Made by a program: the position numbers and the translations under genes
The notes under the pieces: generated by a model
What the model saw: the letters and a program-made list of their open reading frames with translations, nothing else
What the model was told of the DNA's origin: nothing
Database searches by the model: none
Part shown: piece after piece, positions 1-8,586 of the stretch
How positions within the stretch are numbered: the first letter of the stretch is position 1
Layout: the number at the start of each line of letters is the position of its first letter
Assembly (NCBI GenBank): GCA_041738235.1
Contig: JBGSQF010000018.1
Coordinates: forward strand, 1,404-65,403
Source: Minisyncoccia bacterium
Lineage (GTDB): Bacteria; Patescibacteriota; Minisyncoccia; Moranbacterales; GCA-2747515
Length of the DNA stretch: 64,000 nucleotides
Direction of reading: 5' to 3'

Positions 1-84
1 GTTCCAATAGAGCGAACAAATCCGTTTCTCTCTCGTTTTGGCAAAGTGAGCAAGGGGCTTTTATTAGAGGATATCTTTATTTTT

Positions 85-705
85 ATGGAAGAGATAAAAA
101 AAGAAGAAAAGAGGAAGAAAGGCTTTCGATTTGGGATCAGGTTCTTTTTGATGATAGTTATCTTGTTGGGGATTGTCCTCGGCATTTTGTATATTTGTGG
201 AATGTCGACCGGAAAATCTCTTGGAACTGTGCGTGAATCAAACAAGACATTTAGCCTTGAGAGTTCTGACATTCCTCCAGCGGTAAAAATTTTTGAGGGA
301 CATTATTTTTCCCTTTCACTTCCCGAAATATATAGTGAGAAGAGACATTTATTTTCAGAAGATAAAAAAGCTAATACCCTTGAGCAGACATTCTTTTCGC
401 AAGAGGGAGAGTCCGGGAGAAAATTGGCGGTGACTGTCGAGCGCATGCCTGTTGGAGGGATCTCCGAACTCTCCTCCTACCAATTTCGAGAAATGCATCC
501 TGATGAATACGAACGTGGCGTAACTATTTTGAATGGAGAAGAAATTATTTCTTACACAAAAAAGAATGTAGTGTACGAAGTGACTGGCTATGTGACACAG
601 GGTCTGTTTGTTGCTTCGATCAGCGTCACTTCTGCCGTTGAGGCTCCTGAGAATTTAATGGAAGATTTTTCTTCGATCGTTGGCTCCTTTCAGTGGCGGG
701 AATAA
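85..705 (+). CDS. Hypothetical membrane-anchored exported protein
   Basis: ORF 46..705, more likely ATG at 85; basic N-terminus, one hydrophobic helix, then a soluble domain ending FSSIVGSFQWRE (weak PsbP-like look). Confidence 0.7.
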   Translation: MEEIKKEEKRKKGFRFGIRFFLMIVILLGIVLGILYICGMSTGKSLGTVRESNKTFSLESSDIPPAVKIFEGHYFSLSLPEIYSEKRHLFSEDKKANTLEQTFFSQEGESGRKLAVTVERMPVGGISELSSYQFREMHPDEYERGVTILNGEEIISYTKKNVVYEVTGYVTQGLFVASISVTSAVEAPENLMEDFSSIVGSFQWRE

Positions 706-726
706 CCGACAAATACTGAGCAACCT

Positions 727-755
727 TTGACAAAAACAATTTTTTGGTGTATACT
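727..755 (+). promoter_or_regulatory. Sigma70 promoter of the fibre/tat locus
   Basis: TTGACA (727-732), 17-nt spacer, TATACT (750-755). Confidence 0.8.
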
Positions 756-778
756 ATATCTAGAACTTTGAAGAGAAG

Positions 779-856
779 CGGAAAAATCCCTTAAAAAGGA
801 TTTTCCAATCTCTCAGGGGCGGGTGATCCGGATTTTCCGGGACACCCGCCTTTTAT
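779..856 (+). promoter_or_regulatory. Structured 5' leader with terminator-like hairpin
   Basis: GGCGGGTG (818-825) pairs with CACCCGCC (843-850), followed by TTTTAT; upstream hairpin GGAAAAATCC/GGATTTTCC. Confidence 0.5.
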
Positions 857-871
857 ATTAACAAAATCCCT

Positions 872-2761
872 ATGTCGGAGGGATACAAAAACACAAAAAA
901 AAGTATACGAATACTTGTCTCCGGAATCTTTATGGTTCTTGGGATTTTTGTGTTTTCCGGAGTGGCGGACGCTGCGACAGGAATCAATAAGCAGATCAGT
1001 TTTCAGGGAAAAGTGGTCAATACTGATGGAACAAATGTTGCCAACGGAAATTATGATTTTGTATTTAAGTTGTACTCCGTGTCTTCTGGGGGCTCTCCAA
1101 TATGGACTGAAACATGGAATAGTGGTACAAGCCAGGTGGCAGTTACTGATGGTATTTTTCAGGTGAACTTGGGAACGCATACTTCATTTCCAGGCTCGGT
1201 GGATTTTAACACTGATAATATTTATCTTGGAGTGACCTTTCATACCGATTCGGAGATGACACCGCGCATTCGTTTTACGGCTGTTCCATACGCATTCAAC
1301 GCAGATAAGATTCACGGATTGAGTGTGACTGACACCACGGGGACATTGACCATTCCAAATGGTAAAACGATTTCTTTTGCGGACGCCTTTGCTACTTCTG
1401 GTGCTTTTTCAACAACATTGACGACAACTGGTGTGACGAGTGTGACGCTCCCGACAAGCGGCACACTCGCCACGCTTGCTGGGGTCGAAGTTCTTACCAA
1501 TAAGACAATTGGTTCAACGGGGCTTATCTTTTCTGGGGCAGCAACGGATATTACCACCACCTCGGGAGAGTCCTTGGTTCTGTCTGCTGGTGGTGCCGGG
1601 ACGGTTGATATACAAGATGCCACGACAGTGGACTCATTGACAACGGATACGGGGGGCGTGTCGATCGCGGCTGGTCAGTCCTATACGGGGGCTGGAGCCG
1701 TAACCTTATCATCGGGGGGGTCGGCTGGGTTGACCCTGGATTCGGCCTCTGGGGTAACTATTATTGCTACGGGTGACTATTTGTCGCTTTCCCACTCTGG
1801 GGTTTCAGGGGCTGCGGCTGGATATATTTGGTACGATTCGAGTGATAATAAGTTTAAGATAAATGAAAATGGCTCAACAAAGGTAGTTTGTAACACAACA
1901 GATGCTGGTTGTGGGGCTGGGGGAGGATTATCAATGGGGGACACCATTGCAAGTGCCACGCAAGGATCTATTCTTTTTGCTGGAACTTCAGGCATACTAG
2001 CTCAGGATAATACTAACTTCTTTTGGGATGATACAAATAACCGTTTGGGAATTGGAACCAATAACCCCAGTCAGGCACTACACGTTAATGGAAGGATCAG
2101 AACGGATGGGGGACTCTTCTTTAACCAAGGCTCCGGATCAACAGACAACTTGATCTATGTAGGATCAGAAGCCTCAGGAAGCGTGAATGCAAGTTTTGGT
2201 TTCTTCGTGGGTGGCATTGGTTCTTCGTCTTCTTCTGATGGTGCCTATTTCTTGGCTCGAGGAAACAGCTTTTCGGGCATATCCAATCAACGTGGGAATA
2301 TGTACTTTGTGGCGGGAAACCCCTCCACTCCGGGGAATACAGAAGGGGCTATTAATTTTTCTACGGGAAGTGATGCTTCAATGGAGATGACCATTGATAA
2401 GAATGGCTATGTTGGTATTGGGACAACGGCACCATCTCGTGCGTTGGATGTGCTACAGTCAGCAAGCGCACCACAACTCAGACTTTCTAAGGACTTGACG
2501 AATTATAGTGAGTTTACCGTGGATTCCGTAGGGGACCTTCAAATTGAGGCCACAGGACATGATATTCGTGCACTTTCGGATAATATGTGGGTGTGTGATA
2601 ACGATGCTTGTCCAGCACTTACCTTAACCGGGCAGGGGAATATTTTTGTGGAGAATGTTCTCAAATTTGGAAATGGCGTGTATATTAAGAATGATTCTAG
2701 TACGGAACTGGGCGTATATGACAAGAATGACAACGCGATGTTGGTGTTTGACGAACAATAA
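872..2761 (+). CDS. Large surface fibre/adhesin-like protein with signal peptide or N-terminal anchor
   Basis: Signal-like N-terminus ending VADA; QISFQGK...YDFVFKLY...IWTE N-domain; T/G/S-rich beta repeats; tail-fibre-like RLGIGT and YVGIGT motifs. Confidence 0.75.
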   Translation: MSEGYKNTKKSIRILVSGIFMVLGIFVFSGVADAATGINKQISFQGKVVNTDGTNVANGNYDFVFKLYSVSSGGSPIWTETWNSGTSQVAVTDGIFQVNLGTHTSFPGSVDFNTDNIYLGVTFHTDSEMTPRIRFTAVPYAFNADKIHGLSVTDTTGTLTIPNGKTISFADAFATSGAFSTTLTTTGVTSVTLPTSGTLATLAGVEVLTNKTIGSTGLIFSGAATDITTTSGESLVLSAGGAGTVDIQDATTVDSLTTDTGGVSIAAGQSYTGAGAVTLSSGGSAGLTLDSASGVTIIATGDYLSLSHSGVSGAAAGYIWYDSSDNKFKINENGSTKVVCNTTDAGCGAGGGLSMGDTIASATQGSILFAGTSGILAQDNTNFFWDDTNNRLGIGTNNPSQALHVNGRIRTDGGLFFNQGSGSTDNLIYVGSEASGSVNASFGFFVGGIGSSSSSDGAYFLARGNSFSGISNQRGNMYFVAGNPSTPGNTEGAINFSTGSDASMEMTIDKNGYVGIGTTAPSRALDVLQSASAPQLRLSKDLTNYSEFTVDSVGDLQIEATGHDIRALSDNMWVCDNDACPALTLTGQGNIFVENVLKFGNGVYIKNDSSTELGVYDKNDNAMLVFDEQ

Positions 2762-2770
2762 AATACGGAT

Positions 2771-3532
2771 GTGATCAAGACTATGACGCGAGAATTTGTG
2801 GAATTAAGGAAAAGCATTGTTTATTTTGCGATCGTTCTTTCCTGTCTTTTTTTTGGGTTTTTACTTCTAACAGTACGAGAAACGGTAGTTTTTGGGTTCC
2901 CTGTCAGTGTGCCCGTGTTTGGGGCACCCTCTTTTGCGATGAAACTATTCCTTTTTTCAAAGACATTCCTTGTTCCAGAGGGGGTGCCCATAGTTGCTTT
3001 AGGTCCGATGTCATCTTTTGTGGCACCGATCATTATGGCATTTCTTGTGGCCACACTTCTTTCATTCCCAGTGGGTCTGTATTTGATCGTTCGGTTCCTC
3101 CGTCCGGCACTTCGCCCAAGGGAGAGAAAAACACTGCTCAGGTATATAGCGCCATCAATTTTTTTGTTTTATCTTGGGTGTGCGTTTGCCTATTTTTTTA
3201 TTATTCCAAAGACTTTTTCCATACTCTATGGTTTTGCTCCCCCGCTGGAGGTTGTAACGTTCTTCGCTTTAGATGATTTTATTGCTTCCGTTTTCTTCCT
3301 TACGATCGCGATCGGTTTCTCGTTTCTTTTTCCTGTTGTCATGGTGACCGCATCGCGTATCGGTTTGATCCCGAGGGAATTCTGGCTTTTACACTGGAGG
3401 GGAGCGGTTGCTTCAGTTATCATATTTTCCGCGATCATTACTCCGGATGGAAGTGGGGTAACCATGATATTACTTTCGGTGCCCTTTATGCTTCTTTATG
3501 GTCTGGGAACGGTGATCTCTTTGAAAAGGTAG
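2771..3532 (+). CDS. tatC: Twin-arginine translocase subunit TatC
   Basis: About six TM helices; ELRK, FLRPALRPRE, YFFIIP and AIITPD...LLY motifs. Confidence 0.9.
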   Translation: MIKTMTREFVELRKSIVYFAIVLSCLFFGFLLLTVRETVVFGFPVSVPVFGAPSFAMKLFLFSKTFLVPEGVPIVALGPMSSFVAPIIMAFLVATLLSFPVGLYLIVRFLRPALRPRERKTLLRYIAPSIFLFYLGCAFAYFFIIPKTFSILYGFAPPLEVVTFFALDDFIASVFFLTIAIGFSFLFPVVMVTASRIGLIPREFWLLHWRGAVASVIIFSAIITPDGSGVTMILLSVPFMLLYGLGTVISLKR

Positions 3533-3562
3533 AGATCTATGTGTTGTGGTATAATAGAAAAT

Positions 3563-4417
3563 ATGACATTCCGATTCCTTATAAAATTTTTAAGATACAA
3601 CAACGCCGTGCCGATCATCATCTCTGGGATGATCCTTGGAACGGGTGCAGTATTTGCGACGAATTCCGATCTTCGTCAGGCAGTTTTGTCGTCGTCGGGA
3701 AATGTACAATCGCCAGTTCAAGATGTTCAAAAGACGGACACAACTCGCATTTCTTTGGAAAATATTAACTCGTTTGATTTTAACTTGAAGATCGATTCAA
3801 TTACGGAGGACTCAAAAACATACTTTGTCGTGTATTCCTACAGAACTTTAAATGTAGCAGGTGGGGCGTGGCAAGAAGCTCGTGAGTCAAAGAAAATGGA
3901 GATCCCGAAAGACCTTCTTGGAAAACGTGACCTTAAAGGATATCTTTCAGAACAGATCGGACAGGTGATGGATCGTGAAGTAGCGTATCTTTCTGAGGTT
4001 CAGACAAATCTCAAAAAGACCACTGTGCCAAAAGAATCTACCCAATACGCCTCCCTTGTTGGAAAAGAAATTGATAATAAGAAGAATCCAGGAGCGGATG
4101 TCTCAGAAGGGAAAGCGTCAACGCAAGGAGGGTCAGGCGGGAATTCGGATGGTGAAGTGGGAGCACAAGATGCGTTAGATACGCAAGGGGGAGACGGTCA
4201 GATCGTGACGGTTCTTTCTAAGAAGGAGGTAAATGATATGATCATTGCTGCAATTGATGATTTTTTATCAGTTGACACGAGCATGCCCGATCTGCAAAAT
4301 ATACCAACAGAAAAGGAAAAGACAGTTGAGGAAGGTGTAGCCGCTCCTGAGGGCTCCTCGGTGGACACATCGGCCGGAAGTTTAACTGCAGAGACTACTT
4401 CTGGACAGGAAAATTAA
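3563..4417 (+). CDS. Hypothetical membrane-anchored protein with acidic low-complexity tail
   Basis: TGgTATAAT (3547-3555) lies 7 nt before ATG 3563; hydrophobic segment after YNNAVP. Confidence 0.7.
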   Translation: MTFRFLIKFLRYNNAVPIIISGMILGTGAVFATNSDLRQAVLSSSGNVQSPVQDVQKTDTTRISLENINSFDFNLKIDSITEDSKTYFVVYSYRTLNVAGGAWQEARESKKMEIPKDLLGKRDLKGYLSEQIGQVMDREVAYLSEVQTNLKKTTVPKESTQYASLVGKEIDNKKNPGADVSEGKASTQGGSGGNSDGEVGAQDALDTQGGDGQIVTVLSKKEVNDMIIAAIDDFLSVDTSMPDLQNIPTEKEKTVEEGVAAPEGSSVDTSAGSLTAETTSGQEN

Positions 4418-4443
4418 TTCACAGTGCATTTGATATGTAGTGG

Positions 4444-4467
4444 AAACGCCGATTTGCGGGCGTTTTT
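4444..4467 (+). terminator. Intrinsic terminator, followed by an extended -10 for tatA
   Basis: AAACGCC...GGCGTTTTT hairpin; TGcTATAAT at 4473-4481. Confidence 0.55.
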
Positions 4468-4510
4468 GATTATGCTATAATAGCGCAAGAATAATATTAA
4501 TCTTAACTTT

Positions 4511-4693
4511 ATGTTGGGTCTTGGTATGCCGGAGATCATTGTTATCGTTTTGGTGGTGGGAATACTTTTTTTTGGAAGCGGAAAGATCACCGAATTTTCT
4601 CGTTCCCTTGGTCGCGTGACAGGGGAATTTAAGAAGGGAAAGCGTGAGGTGGAGGAGGAGTTGAAGGAAGTTACAAAAGAGGACAAAAAGTAA
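4511..4693 (+). CDS. tatA: Twin-arginine translocase subunit TatA
   Basis: GLGMPE, short TM, FG hinge, amphipathic helix SLGR...EFKKG. Confidence 0.92.
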   Translation: MLGLGMPEIIVIVLVVGILFFGSGKITEFSRSLGRVTGEFKKGKREVEEELKEVTKEDKK

Positions 4694-4724
4694 AGACCAG
4701 TTCCTGAATAAAAAAATACATAAT

Positions 4725-5120
4725 ATGTCTCGCTGGAAAAAGGGGGTGCAAAAAAGGATGACTCCGGTTTCTTCTGTGGTGAAGCGGGTGGTTTTTGGTG
4801 TTCGAGAAAAATTTAATCGACTACGGGAAGCTCGAATTTTTCCTCTTTTGAGGCCACAAAAAAAAGATCAAAATATAAATACCCGTAAGAAAGATATTTT
4901 TGACCCTCGTCGGCGAACATTTTTGAAGTACGCGCTTTTTGGAAGTGGGGTTTTTCTTTTGGGAAAGTATCTCAACCCGATCATCAACTTGATCCAAGGG
5001 GATGTCGTACTGAGTGAAAAAACATTTCAGAACTTTAAGGTCACTGAGACGGGGAAGCAGCTCAAGGTGATGGATGATGAGGGGGATGAGTTACTTATTA
5101 TTGATAAAGAGGGTTTTTAG
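4725..5120 (+). CDS. Small protein with twin-arginine signal motif
   Basis: PRRRTFLK followed by hydrophobic YALFGSGVFLLG; long basic n-region; about 50 aa after the signal. Confidence 0.75.
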   Translation: MSRWKKGVQKRMTPVSSVVKRVVFGVREKFNRLREARIFPLLRPQKKDQNINTRKKDIFDPRRRTFLKYALFGSGVFLLGKYLNPIINLIQGDVVLSEKTFQNFKVTETGKQLKVMDDEGDELLIIDKEGF

Positions 5121-5121
5121 T

Positions 5122-5790
5122 ATGGCTATTCGTATTTCTAAAAATCGTGTTGCGCTCTCTGGGATACCGCTCAATTTGGCGGCAGAGGTGGATGTTGCTT
5201 CAGCAGGAACAACCAATATTGGTGCAGCGGCGTCCAATAACATTCGTATTACAGGCACCACAACGATCACAGCCTTTGATAATGTGGCCGCGGGGATTCG
5301 ACGTACTGTCCGGTTTCAAGGGGCTCTCACACTAACGCATAACGGTACGTCACTGATCCTTCCTGGTGGGGTCAGTATTGTGACGGTGGCTAACGATACG
5401 GCAGAATTTCTTTCTCTTGGTTCTGGAAATTGGATCTGTCTTTATTATGACTACGCCAGAAAGCGTTCTCAACGGGTTTTTTCCGAGGCATCGAATGCAA
5501 CTCCAACACCGAACGTTGATACGACCGATGTACACATTGTTACTGCGCTTGCGGTTGGGGCAACTTTTGGTGCGCCTACGGGAACCCCAACACATGGGCA
5601 AAAACTTATTATTCGTATCAAGGATAACGCCACCGCGCGATCGCTTGCCTGGAATGGAGCTTACCGAGCCAGTAGTGACCTAGCGCTTCCTACCACGACA
5701 GTTCTTTCCAAAACGATATATCTTGGATTTATGTATAACTCGACCGACGCAAAATGGGATCTTTTGGCAAAACTTGATAACTTTTCTTAA
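5122..5790 (+). CDS. Signal-less phage tail-fibre-like beta protein
   Basis: ATG 5122 right after the upstream stop; two beta modules (ITGTTTIT...LSLGSGNW and PTGTPTHGQKLIIRIKD...KWDLLA). Confidence 0.7.
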   Translation: MAIRISKNRVALSGIPLNLAAEVDVASAGTTNIGAAASNNIRITGTTTITAFDNVAAGIRRTVRFQGALTLTHNGTSLILPGGVSIVTVANDTAEFLSLGSGNWICLYYDYARKRSQRVFSEASNATPTPNVDTTDVHIVTALAVGATFGAPTGTPTHGQKLIIRIKDNATARSLAWNGAYRASSDLALPTTTVLSKTIYLGFMYNSTDAKWDLLAKLDNFS

Positions 5791-5793
5791 ACT

Positions 5794-7734
5794 ATGGCCA
5801 CAAGACTTAAGACCGTTGATTATGCTGTTCCAATGTTGCTGACTTTGGCCGACAACACGCTGACAGCGATGACGACCATTACAGCGTATATCCCTGAGTT
5901 TTCCGGAACGGTCACTATTCGAAAGGCGATCGTCGAGGTGAACTTCAACCAACGATCAGTCGCGACGACCGTAACGCAAAACTTCACTACTCGAGAGGTG
6001 GATGTTTCTGTTGGGGGCGCGACTGCTACGAAGTATATCAACTCCAACCTCTATACGGGATCGGGAGAGACAACTTCTGTTTTTTATGCGGCCGATGCGA
6101 CGGCTCATTTCTCAAGTAATTGGACGAGTGGCACGAATAAAACGATAGCCCTCTCCGTTCTTGTTGATGGGTCGACCGATGCGACAGCCGCGGCGACTTG
6201 GTGTAATGTCTCCGCGACCATCTACATCACCTACGAGTATGATGATACGCAGACGACGCAGATCAAGACGGTCTATATTCCACTCAATGCCCCAACGACG
6301 ACACTGCCAATATCCAAGTCAACTGTGCACGACACGATTCCCGCACTGGATACGTATTGTCCCGAGGCTTCCAAAACGTATCGCAATATTTCCGTTGTAT
6401 TTCAGGGGAACGTCGGTGTTGCCACCGCAACGGACGCAACAATGTCGATGCAGATCGATACGTATACGGCACTTACAACTACATCTGAGGAGCGAGGAGG
6501 TGCCTCGAACTTTTGGAATCGTTATGTATGGGCACATCAGTACTATAATGCCGGGGGAGCTTCAGCGGGTATTGGTATGACCACGAATGCGACCCACAGT
6601 TTTTATATGTGGAACTCGACAGCAAACTACAACCATCCCCAGGTCTTTATGATGGTAACGTATGAATTTGATGCTTCTGCGTCAAATAATATGATCGTGT
6701 CGCTCGTTCTCCCAATGGAAGTGGACTCTCCTATGGGAAATAACTCCTCTGCCAATAATCAGCGTGCCACTCGTGATCTTTGGATCGAGGAGCCAGCAAC
6801 TATTACGATGCAACGGGCGGCTTATTATGTGTATTGGGACCAAATTTCCAATATTAGCCAACTTTGGATGCGTACCGGCGCAGCGTCGTATGTGCAGTAT
6901 ACGGACGCTGCCACCACTTTAGGTGGAAGTAACGGGGCCATGTTTCGCAACGACTCTTTTTCCCTTGCGCGTGGAAGACAAACAGCTAACTTTGACATTT
7001 ACACGACTGAGGCGCAGACCGGAGATCTTGGTTGGAATGTGTCCGGTTTCTGGATCCTCAATTATACGGCTGGGAAACCGAGCCAGGGATATGGTGCCGC
7101 CAATCATACCGTAAAATGGAATTTGAATGCCACCTTTGATGGTGCGGCAAATGTTATCCATGATATTGCCGCTACAGCTCCTATTATCCCCGAAACGAAC
7201 TATTTTATCACCGCTTTGGGGACGAACTATCAGTATATTTCCAATACAACGGGTCAGCCGATCGGTGTGGCCGTGATGTTTCGGGACGATAGTGATACAC
7301 AGTGGGTCACGGCGTATCGGGATATTTCGCATACGGACCCTGAGACGGGGCTCAGGCGATGCTGGAGTCAGATCCGATCTAATTTTAGACGTTTTCCCGG
7401 GGATCTCGATCCGAATCGTGGAATAGATATCACCACAGCTCGAAAGTGGCGATGTGTTCTTGGGAACGCATGCAACTCGTTTGATTACCTTGATCTTTAT
7501 ATTTCTTATCATTCCATTACATTTACTGTGGGTGGAACGATATCGGGAAGTGCTGGTGGGACGGTCGATATCGATCTTCATAGAACTGTTCAGAAGGAGG
7601 AAGTGCTCTCAACAACACGTGTGGGGAATGGTACGTACTCGTTTACTTGGTATGATAATACTGAGAATGTCTATTCGGACGCTCGGGAGGACGGGACGCA
7701 TCTTGGAAGGAGTGACAGTGGTCTTGCAACATAA
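5794..7734 (+). CDS. Large signal-less beta-rich protein (MATRLKT paralog 1)
   Basis: 646-aa ORF rich in T/N/Y/W; colinear with 8587..10473. Confidence 0.85.
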   Translation: MATRLKTVDYAVPMLLTLADNTLTAMTTITAYIPEFSGTVTIRKAIVEVNFNQRSVATTVTQNFTTREVDVSVGGATATKYINSNLYTGSGETTSVFYAADATAHFSSNWTSGTNKTIALSVLVDGSTDATAAATWCNVSATIYITYEYDDTQTTQIKTVYIPLNAPTTTLPISKSTVHDTIPALDTYCPEASKTYRNISVVFQGNVGVATATDATMSMQIDTYTALTTTSEERGGASNFWNRYVWAHQYYNAGGASAGIGMTTNATHSFYMWNSTANYNHPQVFMMVTYEFDASASNNMIVSLVLPMEVDSPMGNNSSANNQRATRDLWIEEPATITMQRAAYYVYWDQISNISQLWMRTGAASYVQYTDAATTLGGSNGAMFRNDSFSLARGRQTANFDIYTTEAQTGDLGWNVSGFWILNYTAGKPSQGYGAANHTVKWNLNATFDGAANVIHDIAATAPIIPETNYFITALGTNYQYISNTTGQPIGVAVMFRDDSDTQWVTAYRDISHTDPETGLRRCWSQIRSNFRRFPGDLDPNRGIDITTARKWRCVLGNACNSFDYLDLYISYHSITFTVGGTISGSAGGTVDIDLHRTVQKEEVLSTTRVGNGTYSFTWYDNTENVYSDAREDGTHLGRSDSGLAT

Positions 7735-7751
7735 TTTTTTGTATAAGAGTT

Positions 7752-7913
7752 ATGGCATTTGCGGATATTACTTTGCGGGATAATGGGACAAATACCTTTG
7801 ATATTACGCTTTCTGGTGGAGTCACTTCCACGGGGGGCAGTAATTTCTTTTTCTTTATTCATGAGGTTTGTCTTGTGGCTTTCTTTGTTGGTTCTTTTTT
7901 CTTGGTTTGGTGA
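7752..7913 (+). CDS. Unannotated 53-aa protein (RDNGT motif plus hydrophobic tail), copy 1
   Basis: Manual translation MAFADITLRDNGTNTFDITLSGGVTSTGGSNFFFFIHEVCLVAFFVGSFFLVW; paralog at 10485. Confidence 0.8.
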   Translation: MAFADITLRDNGTNTFDITLSGGVTSTGGSNFFFFIHEVCLVAFFVGSFFLVW

Positions 7914-7918
7914 TCTCT

Positions 7919-8275
7919 ATGGCGTCTAAGAGGGTTTTTTGGGGAATGAGCATACTGATGGTCTCGGCATTTCTTGTGGCGGGTTATTTTGCGTATTGGT
8001 ATTTTACTTCGCCTGAAGCGGTCGTACGTAGAGAGGTCGCAAAATGGGTTGGGATCATCGGAAGAGGGGTAGATCTTCCAAAAGGAGAGATACCTACTCT
8101 GGCCACAGTGACCAACAAAGACAGATTGGATCAGCAAGCATTTTTTCAGAAGGCGGAAAATGGAGATAAAATGCTTATTTATAGTCAAAGCGGCATAGTG
8201 ATCCTATATCGGCCATCCTTGAGAAAGGTCATTGATATGAGTCGGGTGGTCATAGAAAAGGCTCAGCCGCAGTAG
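7919..8275 (+). CDS. Membrane-anchored PTLATV-domain protein, copy 1
   Basis: TM plus PTLATV...FFQKAENGDKMLIY...LYRPS; paralog of the N-domain of 10777..11619. Confidence 0.8.
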   Translation: MASKRVFWGMSILMVSAFLVAGYFAYWYFTSPEAVVRREVAKWVGIIGRGVDLPKGEIPTLATVTNKDRLDQQAFFQKAENGDKMLIYSQSGIVILYRPSLRKVIDMSRVVIEKAQPQ

Positions 8276-8505
8276 AAAACTGATCTCTGGGTAAATCTTG
8301 GCTGGACGAGTATTTTGTGTTATATTAGGAAATGTAAACACATTCTTGTTTGGGGCACTTGTTGGTTGTAGTAGACCTTTTAGTGTCGTTTTCAAGAAAA
8401 CAAAGAAATAAAATTTGTTTTCATGAGAATTGAGTTGGGGAAAAATTAAAATACTACACGTTTTTATGTTGGGGTCATGGTTTCTGTGGCGGTTGGCTGT
8501 TTTTC

Positions 8506-8526
8506 GGCACCTTGAGGTGCTTTTTT
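8506..8526 (+). terminator. Terminator-like hairpin upstream of the second cassette
   Basis: GGCACC-TTGA-GGTGCT followed by a T-run. Confidence 0.55.
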
Positions 8527-8586
8527 GTTTTTGTTAAAAATGGCTCAGATATAAGTAAAATGTTAATTTTATAATCTATATAGAGC

